Shown here piece after piece: positions 27,670-38,300 of a DNA stretch of 64,000 nt. A model generated the notes under the pieces. That model worked only from the letters and a program-made list of their open reading frames with translations, was not told the DNA's origin and did no database searches. Position 1 is the first letter of the stretch, and each line of letters starts with the position of its first letter. The DNA is from an uncultured Maricaulis sp. (GTDB taxonomy: Bacteria; Pseudomonadota; Alphaproteobacteria; Caulobacterales; Maricaulaceae). The translations under genes were made by a program, and so were the position numbers. The stretch spans positions 351 to 64,350 of the forward strand of contig NZ_CAJQOO010000047.1 in the NCBI RefSeq assembly GCF_905480005.1. The letters run 5' to 3'.

Positions 27670-28164
27670 CTAATCCCAATCCGGCGCATAGGCTGTGCAG
27701 GCAATCTCAACGCGCGCGCCGAGCGCCAATTCCTGGACGCCCGCCGTGACGCGGGCCGGGCGTGTCGCGCCCAGCGCTTCGGCATAGGCGGCGTTCATCG
27801 CCGCATAATCCATCATGTCGGTCAGATAGACGGTGCAGCGAGTGAGCTGATCGAGCTTGGCCCCGGCCAGCTCCAGCGAGGTGGCGATGTTGGCCATGGT
27901 CTGGGTCGTTTCCGGCCCGGCACCGCCCTCGACAATGGTCTCCGTACCCGGCAGGCGGCCGAGATGCCCGGAGACGTAGATCGTTTCGCCGGCGCGCACG
28001 ACGGAGGAGAACGGCGCCCAATCCGGCAGCCCCTCCACGCGATAGGTCTGGATAGCGTCGTCATCGCCGACATTATAATCGAGATCGACATCGGCCGAGT
28101 CGGCAAGGATGACACAGCCTGAGAGGGCGAAGGCGGCCAGGGCGGTCAAGACAATACGGATCAT
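27670..28164 (-). CDS. RidA/YjgF/YER057c-family protein with lipoprotein signal peptide
   Basis: 164 aa with MIRIVLTALAAFALSGC lipobox and an acidic linker. The RidA core follows (AGETIYVSGHLG, TVYLTDM, RPARVTAGVQELALGARVEI, including the catalytic-type Arg). The start overlaps the upstream stop (ATGA), and the stop lies 4 nt before the sufC ATG. Confidence 0.8.
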   Translation of the reverse strand: MIRIVLTALAAFALSGCVILADSADVDLDYNVGDDDAIQTYRVEGLPDWAPFSSVVRAGETIYVSGHLGRLPGTETIVEGGAGPETTQTMANIATSLELAGAKLDQLTRCTVYLTDMMDYAAMNAAYAEALGATRPARVTAGVQELALGARVEIACTAYAPDWD

Positions 28165-28793
28165 TCGAACACCTCTTCACAGGCACTCAACAAGGCATCC
28201 GCATCCAACCCGGCGTCCGGCGCGGGTTCCAATACCAACCGACAGGCCTCCATCTGCATATTAGCGACCATCTCGTAAACCGGCTCGAGCCCGTCCGGGG
28301 TCAGCCGGTACGCCGTCTCGTAATGGGTCACAGCACTGCCGCGCGAACCCACCTGGATCAGGCCCGGCACGCGTTCACTCGGCCCAACGCCATAGCCAGA
28401 CAGTTCGCCAGCCGGCTGGAAAATTCCCGTCGCGCTCTGCTGCCACAGCAGGTAGGACGTGTTCACATTGCCGGTACCGATCGGGATCAGGAGCTCCTCG
28501 ACCCCATCGGCGTTCAGGTCGATTAGCCGAACAATGCTCCGCGCATGCCAGACCCCCTGAACCGGAAAGCTGACCCAGCCAACCTGCCCATCAACGTGCT
28601 GGGTCAAATGCAGGCCATCCTCTTGGTAGTTGAATTGAAGAGTCCCGCCAGGCACTTGAAGCGAGCAATTCTGCATTGCGCCGTCGCCGGACTCCAGCTC
28701 GTCGCACCAGATGTCGGTCGCCGACTCTTCCGGTGCCGGATGGACTGACATAGCCCCCAGGGTCAAACCGGTAATTATGGCTGCAATCATCAT
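28161..28793 (-). CDS. Hypothetical exported or membrane-anchored protein embedded in the suf operon
   Basis: 210 aa with hydrophobic N-terminus [16 protein letters not shown], 4 Cys and a DLNADGVEELL motif. The start shares TGATG with the sufB stop. Gene-like codon bias. No family recognised. Confidence 0.65.
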   Translation of the reverse strand: MMIAAIITGLTLGAMSVHPAPEESATDIWCDELESGDGAMQNCSLQVPGGTLQFNYQEDGLHLTQHVDGQVGWVSFPVQGVWHARSIVRLIDLNADGVEELLIPIGTGNVNTSYLLWQQSATGIFQPAGELSGYGVGPSERVPGLIQVGSRGSAVTHYETAYRLTPDGLEPVYEMVANMQMEACRLVLEPAPDAGLDADALLSACEEVFE

Positions 28794-30268
28794 CAGCCCA
28801 CACTCCCCTCAAGACTGACTTTCAGAAGCTGCTGGGCTTCCACAGCGAATTCCATCGGCAATTCCTGCAATACCTCGCGGACGAATCCATTGACCAGCAG
28901 CGCCGTCGCGGCCTCTTCGTCCAGACCACGCTGGCGGGCATAGAAGAGCTGGTCCTCGGAGAGTTTGGTCGTCGTGGCCTCATGCTCGAGCACCGCCTTC
29001 GGCGTCTTGCACTCGACATAGGGAACGGTGTGGGCGCCGCACTGATCACCGATCAGCAGACTGTCGCACTGGGTGAAATTGCGCGCCCCCTCGGCCTTGC
29101 CATGAACCGAAACCAGGCCGCGATAGGTCTGATCCGAACGCCCCGCAGAGATGCCCTTAGAGATGACACGACTGGTCGTGCCCTTGCCCAGATGGATCAT
29201 CTTGGTGCCTGTGTCGGCCTGCTGGCGGCCATTGGTGACGGCGATCGAGTAGAACTCGCCACGCGAATTCTCGCCGCGCAGGATACAGGACGGGTATTTC
29301 CATGTGATCGCCGAACCGGTCTCGACCTGGGTCCAGGAGATCTTGGAATTCTTGCCGCGGCAATCGCCGCGCTTGGTGACGAAATTATAGACGCCGCCCT
29401 TGCCGTTCTCATCGCCCGGCCACCAGTTCTGAACCGTGGAGTATTTGATCTCGGCATCGTCCAGCGCGACGAGCTCAACCACGGCCGCATGGAGCTGGTT
29501 CTCATCGCGCATCGGCGCCGTGCAGCCTTCCAGATAGGAGACGTAGGCGCCCTTGTCGGCGATGATCAGCGTGCGCTCGAACTGACCCGTGCCTTCCGCA
29601 TTCATGCGGAAATAGGTCGAAAGCTCCATCGGGCAGCGGACACCCGGCGGGACATAGACAAAGGAGCCGTCCGAGAAGACGGCGGTATTGAGCGTGGCGA
29701 AATAATTGTCTGATGCCGGTACGACCGAGCCGAGATATTTGCGCACGAGGTCGGGGTGATCCCGCAGCGCTTCGGAGATCGAGCAGAAGATGACACCGGC
29801 CTTGGCCAGTTCCGCCTTGAATGTCGTCACCACCGAGACACTGTCGAAAACCGCGTCAACCGCGACGCGATTCTCCGACCCTTTCACGCCCAGCAGAACC
29901 TCCTGCTCCTTCAGCGGGATGCCCAGCTTGGCAAAGTCGGCAAGGATTTCCTCGGGGACATCATCAATGCTGTCATACTTCGCGCCGGCCTTGGGCTCGG
30001 CATAGTAGTGAATGTCCTGATAGTCGATCTTGGGATAATCGACCTTGGCCCACTCCGGTTCCTTCAGGGCCATGAAGCGCTCAAGGGCTTCCAGGCGCCA
30101 TTTCAGCATCCAGTCCGGCTCATCCTTCTTGCCCGAGATGAGACGCACGGTCTCCTCGTTCAGCCCCTTGGGAGCGAGGTCTTGCTCGATGTCCGTCGTG
30201 AAGCCGTACTTATACTTGTCGGCCTCAAGATTGCGAACGTCTTCAATGGTTTCCTTGACCGCAGCCAT
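28793..30268 (-). CDS. sufB: Fe-S cluster assembly scaffold SufB
   Basis: 491 aa, highly conserved SufB sequence (YGFTTDIE..., [41 protein letters not shown]). Confidence 0.97.
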   Translation of the reverse strand: MAAVKETIEDVRNLEADKYKYGFTTDIEQDLAPKGLNEETVRLISGKKDEPDWMLKWRLEALERFMALKEPEWAKVDYPKIDYQDIHYYAEPKAGAKYDSIDDVPEEILADFAKLGIPLKEQEVLLGVKGSENRVAVDAVFDSVSVVTTFKAELAKAGVIFCSISEALRDHPDLVRKYLGSVVPASDNYFATLNTAVFSDGSFVYVPPGVRCPMELSTYFRMNAEGTGQFERTLIIADKGAYVSYLEGCTAPMRDENQLHAAVVELVALDDAEIKYSTVQNWWPGDENGKGGVYNFVTKRGDCRGKNSKISWTQVETGSAITWKYPSCILRGENSRGEFYSIAVTNGRQQADTGTKMIHLGKGTTSRVISKGISAGRSDQTYRGLVSVHGKAEGARNFTQCDSLLIGDQCGAHTVPYVECKTPKAVLEHEATTTKLSEDQLFYARQRGLDEEAATALLVNGFVREVLQELPMEFAVEAQQLLKVSLEGSVG

Positions 30269-30285
30269 GATATCCTACCGCCTCT

Positions 30286-31437
30286 TCAGGCACTTGCTTT
30301 GAGTGTCGGGGAAATACGCGCGCGCGCCGCCGACCAAGCGTCGACGAAGGCGTCTGCATCATCCGGTTTCGAATTCCAACCCAGGCTTACACGCACGAAG
30401 CCCTGCGAGGCCGCTTCCGGCAGGCCCAGCGCGGTGCCGATCTTCGAGCCTTTCGACGTGCCCGAGGAACAGGCCGAGCCGGCGCTGATCGCCACACCGG
30501 CGAGGTCCAGCGCCATGACCTGGGTTGCGCCGGGCCAGCCAGGCTGGCTCATACCCAGCGTATTGGGCAGGCGCGGTACAGCCGCACCGATCTCGATCAG
30601 ATCCGGGGACGCAGCCTTCAGCGCCGCAGCCATCCGATCGCGAGCCTCGCTCAGCCCGGCAAAGGCGTCGAGGTCAGAAACCGCCTCCTCGAGCGCGGTC
30701 GCAAGACCGACAATGCCAGCGACGTTGAGGGTGCCCGCGCGACGACCCTTCTCCTGGCCGCCGCCATGATGATGCCGCGCCATCGGGGCGTCACAGGATG
30801 CCAGCAAGGCACCGACGCCCTGGGGGCCACCGAATTTGTGGGCAGAGATCGCCATATAGTCACAGCCCAAAGCGGCGAAATCGACGGCAATCTTGCCGAC
30901 CGCCTGGATCGCATCAACCACGCTCAACCCACCGGTCTGGCGGACCCGCGCTGTCGCCTCGGCAACGGGCTGGATCGTTCCGATCTCGTTACTGGCGAGC
31001 ATCATGGCGAGAAGCGGCTTGCCGTCGGCCGGCGCCCAGCGCGACAGGCGCGCCTCAAGCCAGGACATCTCCACGACGCCCTGATCATTCACCGGCCAAA
31101 TCTCGACCGAACAACCGGTGACCGCCGCAGTCGCCGCGACGGCTTCATGCTCGATCGCCGTCACGATGATCGTCTCGATCCCGCCAGCGCTGAGGGCCGC
31201 ATGGATCGCCAGATTCAAGGCCTCGGTACCGCCGGAGGTGAAGACGATATCCTCTGGCCTTGCGCACAGCGCCTTGCCAACCTGACGCCGGGCCGTCTCG
31301 ACACGCGCCAGCGCAGCTTGCCCGGCGGCGTGTACGGAGGACGGATTGCCGACGCGGGTCATCACATCGGTCATCGCCGACACGACGCTCGGACGCACTG
31401 TCGTGGTCGCATTATGGTCAAGATAGATTCGGCTCAT
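30286..31437 (-). CDS. Cysteine desulfurase, group I (NifS/IscS-like)
   Basis: 383 aa. MSRIYLDHNATT start, PLP Lys SAHKFGGPQGVG and catalytic loop SAGSACSSG. Confidence 0.9.
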   Translation of the reverse strand: MSRIYLDHNATTTVRPSVVSAMTDVMTRVGNPSSVHAAGQAALARVETARRQVGKALCARPEDIVFTSGGTEALNLAIHAALSAGGIETIIVTAIEHEAVAATAAVTGCSVEIWPVNDQGVVEMSWLEARLSRWAPADGKPLLAMMLASNEIGTIQPVAEATARVRQTGGLSVVDAIQAVGKIAVDFAALGCDYMAISAHKFGGPQGVGALLASCDAPMARHHHGGGQEKGRRAGTLNVAGIVGLATALEEAVSDLDAFAGLSEARDRMAAALKAASPDLIEIGAAVPRLPNTLGMSQPGWPGATQVMALDLAGVAISAGSACSSGTSKGSKIGTALGLPEAASQGFVRVSLGWNSKPDDADAFVDAWSAARARISPTLKASA

Positions 31438-31439
31438 GC

Positions 31440-31940
31440 TTATTCAGCGGCATGAATATCGTTGGTGACGCGCCCGGAGCGCAGGTTCGCGCCCGGACGT
31501 TCAATACGCCCGACGGCACCCGAAGCCGCGCCGAAAAGCCGACGTTCCAATACATCTTCCAGCGTGATCGACGACAGGAAGAGATAGATGTGCCGTCCGA
31601 GCTCATCCCACAGATCATGCGTGATGCAGCGACGGCCATCACTGAGGCAGCCCTTGGCCTCGGAACACCGGGTGGCCCGCAGGGGCTCGTCAACCGCCAG
31701 GATGATGTCCGAAATGCGGATCTCGGTCGGCAAGCGGCTCAGCTTGTAGCCCCCGCCCGGCCCGCGAACCGAAGACACGATATCGGCGCGGCGCAGCTTG
31801 GCAAAAAGCTGTTCGAGATAGGAGAGCGAGATGGATTGCCGTGACGCGATATCACTCAGCGTCACCGGACCGCTATCGGCAGCATCCGCCAGGTCGGCCA
31901 TGGCCATCACCGCGTAGCGCCCTTTTGTGCTCAGCTTCAT
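31440..31940 (-). CDS. iscR: Rrf2-family [Fe-S]-binding transcriptional regulator (IscR-like)
   Basis: MKLSTKGRYAVMAMADLA wHTH N-terminus and a three-Cys cluster motif CSEAKGCLSDGRRC. First gene of the suf operon. Confidence 0.9.
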   Translation of the reverse strand: MKLSTKGRYAVMAMADLADAADSGPVTLSDIASRQSISLSYLEQLFAKLRRADIVSSVRGPGGGYKLSRLPTEIRISDIILAVDEPLRATRCSEAKGCLSDGRRCITHDLWDELGRHIYLFLSSITLEDVLERRLFGAASGAVGRIERPGANLRSGRVTNDIHAAE

Positions 31941-32039
31941 GCGTTTACCTCCTTAAACACTCGCATCCGGCAGGCCGATCATGCTAAGACCCGCCTTTCC
32001 GGAAGGGGGGGCGGCCTCGATACGAGTGTTGCTGGTCCA

Positions 32040-32064
32040 ATATCCGAGTGAATTAGTCAAGAAT
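32040..32064. promoter_or_regulatory. Candidate IscR type-1-like operator in the iscR/hydrolase divergent promoter region
   Basis: ATATCCGAGTGAATTAGTCAAGAAT compared with the E. coli type-1 consensus ATASYYGACTRWWWYAGTCRRSTAT gives about 3 mismatches. It lies 100-124 nt upstream of the iscR ATG in the only AT-rich patch of the spacer. Confidence 0.35.
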
Positions 32065-32150
32065 ATGGGCGCGCTCTTGTGCACTTTCAACGGGCGATTT
32101 GCCGCATACTCACATGACACTGACGTTAAGACCCAAAAAGGCGAGACTGA

Positions 32151-32834
32151 ATGCCTGATGTGATCATTCCCGGCCCGGCCGGACGGCTTGAGGGGCGTTA
32201 TAGCCCGAGCGAAGACGCTACAGCCCCGATTGCCCTGATCCTGCACGCCCATCCGCTGGGTGGCGGGAATATGGAAAACCCCTCAGTGGACATGATGTAT
32301 GACGTGTTCCGCAAGCGGGGGTTCGCAACCCTGCGCTTCAATTTCCGCGGCGTTGGCAGATCCCAGGGCAGCTATGACCAGGGGCTCGGCGAGCTGTCCG
32401 ACGCCGCCACGGTCCTGGACTGGGTTCAGGGCTATAACCAAGGCGCGCGCTTTTGTTGGGTCGCCGGGCATTCCTTCGGGGCCTGGGTCGGCATGCAGCT
32501 CTTGATGCGTCGTCCGGAGATTGCCGGCTTCATCTCCGTCGCCCCGCCGACCAATATGTACGACTTCACTTTCCTGGCACCTTGCCCGGCTTCAGGGATC
32601 ATCGTTCATGGCTCGGCCGACAAGATTGTGCCGCCGGATGATGTCGAGCGTGTGATGTCAAAGGTCCGTGTGCAGAAGGGTATCGAGATCACGACCGAGG
32701 TCGTGCCCGACGCCAATCACCTGTTCTCCGAACACCTGGGAATCCTGGAAAAGCACATCGAGACCTATCTCGATGATCGCCTGCCGCTGGTGGAAAAGGA
32801 GCGCTCCGAGCGCACAATCACCGGCAAGCGCTGA
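32151..32834 (+). CDS. Alpha/beta-fold hydrolase
   Basis: 227 aa. LILHAHPLGGGNM, FNFRGVGRSQG and nucleophile elbow GHSFGA. Confidence 0.8.
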   Translation: MPDVIIPGPAGRLEGRYSPSEDATAPIALILHAHPLGGGNMENPSVDMMYDVFRKRGFATLRFNFRGVGRSQGSYDQGLGELSDAATVLDWVQGYNQGARFCWVAGHSFGAWVGMQLLMRRPEIAGFISVAPPTNMYDFTFLAPCPASGIIVHGSADKIVPPDDVERVMSKVRVQKGIEITTEVVPDANHLFSEHLGILEKHIETYLDDRLPLVEKERSERTITGKR

Positions 32835-32858
32835 GACATCTCCAGAGCGCAGACAAGC

Positions 32859-32894
32859 AAAAGCCCCGACCCAATCGGTCGGGGCTTTTTTTTT
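32859..32894. terminator. Bidirectional rho-independent terminator (hydrolase / anmK)
   Basis: AAAA-GCCCCGACC-5 nt-GGTCGGGGC-TTTTTTTTT between convergent genes. Confidence 0.9.
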
Positions 32895-32906
32895 CGGCCA
32901 TCGGTG

Positions 32907-34013
32907 TCAATCAGGGCGGGTGATCCGGCCACCGCAGACCGGTTCGCGCGCGCCGGTGGTTGAGGGCAGCGAGGTTGGCAGGTTTTCTGCAACCCTTGCG
33001 GCGAGCCAGGCGAAGGCCTCGGCCTCCAGCAAATCCCCGCGCCAGTCGGCCGCCTCGACCGCTTCGGGCCTGACACCCGCCGCATCGCCAATCGCGGCCA
33101 TCAATACGGGGTTATGTCGACCGCCACCGCCCACCAGAAGCCGCTCCGGACGCCCCAGAGCCTTGATGGCATCAGCCACCGTCCGGGCGGTGAAAGCCGT
33201 CAACGTCGCCGCGCCGTCTGCTGCCGACAGGGTCAGAACCGGGTCGAGCGTAAAATCCCACCGGTCGAGCGATTTTGGCGGTGCCAGCTGGAAAAAGGCA
33301 TGCGTCAGCAGGCTCTCAAGCGCCGACTGGTCCACCTGGCCTCGCGCCGCAAGCTTGCCACCGGCATCATAGGACTGGCCGATCATGCGCTGGCACCACG
33401 CATCGATCAGGCCATTGGCCGGCCCGGTATCAAAGGCAATCGGATCCGCATCGGGCGCCAGCCAGGTAACGTTGGCAACGCCGCCCAGATTGAGGATTGC
33501 GAGCGGTCTCTCCAGCCCCGACTGGCGGGCCAGAGCGTCGTGATAGAGCGGCGCCAACGGCGCGCCCTGCCCACCTGCCGCCATGTCCGCTGACCGGAAG
33601 TCGTGCACCACGGCAATGCCGGTGGCCCGCGCGAGGGCCGCCCCATCCCCGATTTGCAGGGTCTGCCCGTTGCAACCGGCCTGAGGGGCCCGATGCAGCA
33701 CGGTCTGCCCGTGAAAGCCGATCAGGTCGATGTCGGTACTGGCAAGGCCGGCGGCATCCAGCACCCGCTGGACAGCCAGGCCATGCCTGAGCGTAAGCAC
33801 GCGCTCCGCGGCCTCAAAACCCGGTGCCGCGCCGTCGAATCCCCAGGCCAGGGCGCGATCGACAGCGTCCTGTAAAATGGCACGATCACTGGTGGAATAT
33901 GATTGGGTTTCACCTGGCCCGAAACGCGTGACGCGCTCGCCATCGGTTTCGATCAGGGCAGCATCAATACCGTCGAGCGATGTCCCGCTCATCAGACCGA
34001 TGATCCGTTTCAT
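32907..34013 (-). CDS. anmK: Anhydro-N-acetylmuramic acid kinase
   Basis: 368 aa, N-terminal [15 protein letters not shown] signature and overall AnmK pattern. Confidence 0.92.
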   Translation of the reverse strand: MKRIIGLMSGTSLDGIDAALIETDGERVTRFGPGETQSYSTSDRAILQDAVDRALAWGFDGAAPGFEAAERVLTLRHGLAVQRVLDAAGLASTDIDLIGFHGQTVLHRAPQAGCNGQTLQIGDGAALARATGIAVVHDFRSADMAAGGQGAPLAPLYHDALARQSGLERPLAILNLGGVANVTWLAPDADPIAFDTGPANGLIDAWCQRMIGQSYDAGGKLAARGQVDQSALESLLTHAFFQLAPPKSLDRWDFTLDPVLTLSAADGAATLTAFTARTVADAIKALGRPERLLVGGGGRHNPVLMAAIGDAAGVRPEAVEAADWRGDLLEAEAFAWLAARVAENLPTSLPSTTGAREPVCGGRITRPD

Positions 34014-34076
34014 GCAAGCCCCCTCTTTTCCCCGCCCGCCACTCGACCTAGAAGCGTCTTATCAGGAGAGACCTTC

Positions 34077-35324
34077 ATGAGTGATTACAAGTCCGATCTC
34101 GTGCGCACGCTGGTCGAGCGCGGCTATTACAACGACGCGACCAATCTGGACGGCCTGGACAAGGCGGCCCAGGAACGTGTTGTTACGGCTTATATCGGAT
34201 TTGATGCGACGGCCTCCAGCCTGCATGTCGGATCGCTGGTCCAGATCATGATGCTGCGCCGTATTCAGCAGGCGGGCCACAAGCCGATCATCCTGATGGG
34301 GGGTGGCACGACCAAGATCGGTGACCCGTCGGGCAAGGACAAGACGCGCTCCATGCTCGATGATGCGGCGATCGCGGCCAATATCGACGGCATTCTCAAG
34401 CCTTTCCGGCCGCTGATGTCGATCGGAGACGGACCAACCGACGCCCTGGTCGTCAATAATGACGAATGGCTGTCGGATTTCGGCTATCTGGAATTCCTGC
34501 GCAAATTCGGACCGCACTTCACGATCAATCGCATGATGACATTCGACTCGGTGAAGCTGAGGCTCGAGCGCGAGCAGCCGCTGACCTTTCTCGAATTCAA
34601 CTACATGCTCCTCCAGGCCGTTGATTTCCTGGAGCTCAATCGACGCTATGGCTGCACGCTTCAGCTCGGCGGCGGCGATCAGTGGGGCAATATCGTCAAT
34701 GGTGTCGAGCTCTGTCGCCGGGTCGACCAGAAAGAGGTCTTCGGCTTCACGACGCCCCTGATCACAACCGCTTCCGGCGCCAAGATGGGCAAGACCGCCG
34801 AGGGCGCCGTCTGGCTCAATGCTAATCTGAAGAGCCCGTATGAGTACTGGCAGTTCTGGCGCAATACGGAGGACGCCGATGTCGGGCGCTTCCTGCGCCT
34901 CTTCACCGATGTGGAGCTGGACGAGATCGCCCGCCTAGAAGCCCTTGAGGGCGCCGAGATCAACCAGGCCAAAATCCGTCTGGCCAATGAGGCCACCACC
35001 TTGCTGCATGGCGCCGAGGCTGCCCGAGCGGCCGAGCAGACCGCTCAACAGACCTTCGCCCTGGGTGGGGCGGGTGCAGCCTTGCCGACCATCACCTTTG
35101 ACGGGCTGGAAACAGGTGAAGTGACGCTGATGAGTCTTTTCATCGCCGCCGAGCTGGCGGCCTCGAACGGCGAGTTGCGGCGTCATGTCAAGGCCGGGGC
35201 AGCCAAGGTCAACGACCAGCCCCTGACCGATCCCTTCGCCAAGGCCAGCGCCGACGATCTGGTTGATGGTGCGATCAAGCTGTCGATCGGCAAAAAACGT
35301 CACGCCCTCGCCAAGCCGAGCTAA
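34077..35324 (+). CDS. tyrS: Tyrosine--tRNA ligase
   Basis: HIGH-type motif (SLHVGSL), KMSKS-type motif (KMGKTAEG) and a C-terminal S4-like domain. The real start is MSDYKSDL at 34077. The track start 33903 overlaps anmK. Confidence 0.96.
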   Translation: MSDYKSDLVRTLVERGYYNDATNLDGLDKAAQERVVTAYIGFDATASSLHVGSLVQIMMLRRIQQAGHKPIILMGGGTTKIGDPSGKDKTRSMLDDAAIAANIDGILKPFRPLMSIGDGPTDALVVNNDEWLSDFGYLEFLRKFGPHFTINRMMTFDSVKLRLEREQPLTFLEFNYMLLQAVDFLELNRRYGCTLQLGGGDQWGNIVNGVELCRRVDQKEVFGFTTPLITTASGAKMGKTAEGAVWLNANLKSPYEYWQFWRNTEDADVGRFLRLFTDVELDEIARLEALEGAEINQAKIRLANEATTLLHGAEAARAAEQTAQQTFALGGAGAALPTITFDGLETGEVTLMSLFIAAELAASNGELRRHVKAGAAKVNDQPLTDPFAKASADDLVDGAIKLSIGKKRHALAKPS

Positions 35325-38300
35325 TTCTCGTTATCCGCCCCGGCATCATCGATCGGTTCGGGGCCTGGTTGCGGCTCGGTCACGACCGTGTCTGCGGGCC
35401 CCTCTTCGGCCGGCTCCGTTTCGGGTACCGCGGGCGCATTCTCCCGCTCGCGGGCGGCCCGCTCGGCGGCCGTGCCCTCGAACATCCGGCGCAAAACGCC
35501 CGGCGCAAGGGCGGAAAGCGGGTTGGCAAAGACGGTCAGGCTGTCGAAGGGCCCTTCGACCGAATAGGTAATCCCGATTACCCCTTCACCCGGGCGCGAG
35601 ACCAGAACCTCACCAATCAATGGCACGCCGCCAAACAGTGAGTTGATGACGTAGGACGGTGCCAGATTGCCGTCGATCGCAGCGAGGCTGCCGGCAAAAT
35701 CGACTGTGCCGGAGGCGGTCACACCCAGGGCGCTGCCCCGCGCCCGGGCATCGCCAATCGTCAGCAGACCTGATTCCCAGGCAATATCCGCATCGACCGC
35801 GTCGAAACTGATCCCCTCGCCATTCAGCAAGGCGCCCAATCCCTGGAAGGATCCCGCGGCCAGGATGCGCGCGAGCACTGGCACCTGGACCAGCGTCAGG
35901 TCACGAATTTCGACCCGGGCCGTCAACGGCCCCTGTATTCCCAGGGGGGGCGCGCTACCCAGGACTGAAACAAGCCCGCCTCGCGCATAGCCCTCAATGC
36001 CGATCAGGGCGGACAGGCGCTCCAGAGACTGGGCCTCGATACGGAAGTCGCGCGGCCCGCCGGGCTCGGTCGCGCCGAAGAACGCCTGGAAGGGCCCGTC
36101 CATCGCATTGCCGGATATCGAAACCGCCCGAATCCCGGCTTCCTCGCTGCGCCAGATCAGATTGAACTGATCGAGCACGCTGTTCTCCGACAGTATGAGG
36201 CGCCCGACATCGACCTGGAGCGAAAGCGGCAGCGTGATCCCGCCTTCGCCGCCCATTGAGGTAATGTGCGGCACGATCGAGCTGATATCGGCATACTGGC
36301 CGGTCAGACGCATGCGGAGTGGTTCGCCAACCTCATCAGCCGGCCGGATCTGGCCAGCAATATCCATCAGGTCCGCGACGAAGATCCGGTCGGCTTCAAT
36401 CTCGCGCAGGGCTCCGTTCGCGGCGATACGGGCCGAGGCCTCAAGGGCCGCGCCCTCCGCCTCCAGCCGAATGGCGTCGAGATCGAAGCCGCCATCATCG
36501 GTCTGGGTGAGGCTGAGCGTGGCCCGACCGGGCGCCCCTGCTTCCTTTGTCCAGACACCACCCGGCGCCTCGATCAGGGCATCGACCAGATCCGCCTCGA
36601 TATCGACTGACCGGAATTCGAGACCATCTGAAACCGCTTCGGCCGCGATACGGATCGATCCGTCCAGATAGCGGCGTGCCGGCATGTTGAACCGGTCCAG
36701 CGTGCGGGCATTGATCGTGGCTTCCAGTCCGATCCGTGTCGAGGGTTCGGCATCGGGCAGGCCAAAGGTCTCGCGCCAATTGATCTGAACCGGGGCATCG
36801 AAGAGCCGCGCTGTCCCCCTCGCCTCCAGGCCCTCCTGGCTGGCAGTAATGACGACATCACCATCGCTCAGCGCATAGTCGGTGCCGGGAATATCAAGCG
36901 ACGCATCGGTAAAGCGCCCCTCGATGAAGAAGGGGATGTCCTCGGGGTCGACCTCGGTAAGCATGGCGCGGCGGATCTCGAAACGCATCTCGCCCTGACC
37001 ACCGACCAGTGTCGGATCGAGGCCGTAGTCGGACACGAGAAAGAGCGGATCCTCATCGATCAATGCAAGCAGGTCCGCCGCCTCACCGCGCGCCACGCCG
37101 CCATATCCTGCGATGGCACCCTTGGGGTTGAGGCGGGGCATGTCGACGAAACCCTCACTGAGGGCGATATCGCCGATCATCCCGCTTTCCATGGCGACTT
37201 CGAAGGCATTGCCATGCAGGACCGCCGAACCGCGCCCTTCGGTGATCGGCGTCATGGTCGAGATATAGCGCACATGCGCATCTTCAAAATCGAAGCTCAA
37301 CCGCATGCGGTCATTGTCCATCCGCCCGGCCTCGATCGCGGCTGCGGGAAGATCGAGGTCGAATCGCGCGTTGTAGAAACGCCCGCCGAGAATGCCCTCG
37401 CTCACCCATTCACGGGCGCCATCCGCGAGCTCCACCGGCCAGTAGGCAAGCACGGTCTGCGGCTGGATATCGCCGGCGATTGGTCCGGCCAGCTGAAGGT
37501 TTGGCAACCAGTTGCCGTCTTCGCCTTGCTGCAGCTGGAGCCCCCCACTCAATTCGGCGCGAATGGTATCGACGACGACATCAAGCCGATCGAGGGTCAG
37601 CGCGAATTCGTCGAGGCGCACATCGCCAGACGCAGCCAGCAATTCCCATTGCGGCGCGCGCTCGAAGACCGGCCCCATATCGATGAAGCCCTCGCCGATG
37701 GCCAGTTCAAACCGAGCCCGCGTCGGCAACACGCCGTCATACCGGCCTATCTCGGTCAGGCGCCCTTCGACCGAGGCCGCAAAAAGGTCGGAACGGACAC
37801 GCCCGCTGTGCAGGGTCATCACCGCCTCGACCGGGTCGAAGCTGGCATAGAGATTGGCACCCTCGAAGGCGTGGGTCTGGCCATCCACAAGGATTTGACC
37901 TTGGCCCACATCCATCTGCATGGATGCCGTGCGAATGCCGCTGTCACGGGTCGCATCCACAACCAGGTTCAGATTGATCGGCGCATCCAGTGCCCGAAGC
38001 GAGGCAGCCGGGCCGCTATCCGGCAGAATTCCGGCGGGAGACAAGCCCTCGAACCGCGCTTCCAGAAGAAGGCTTTCGAGATTGTTTCCGGCCCGCAGGC
38101 GCAGCGAGACAGGTGCGAATCCCGATGGTGTCGCCAGGCGCCCCTCGATCTCCGCGAGGATGCGCGCATCATCACGCTCGAAAACAACGCCCGCCGAATC
38201 AACAAACCAGGCGAGGCCGACAACGTCATCGACCACACGGACCGCGGCATTGGCGACATTCACCCGCCGCAGTCGTCCCAGCTGCGCAGGCGCATCCGGA

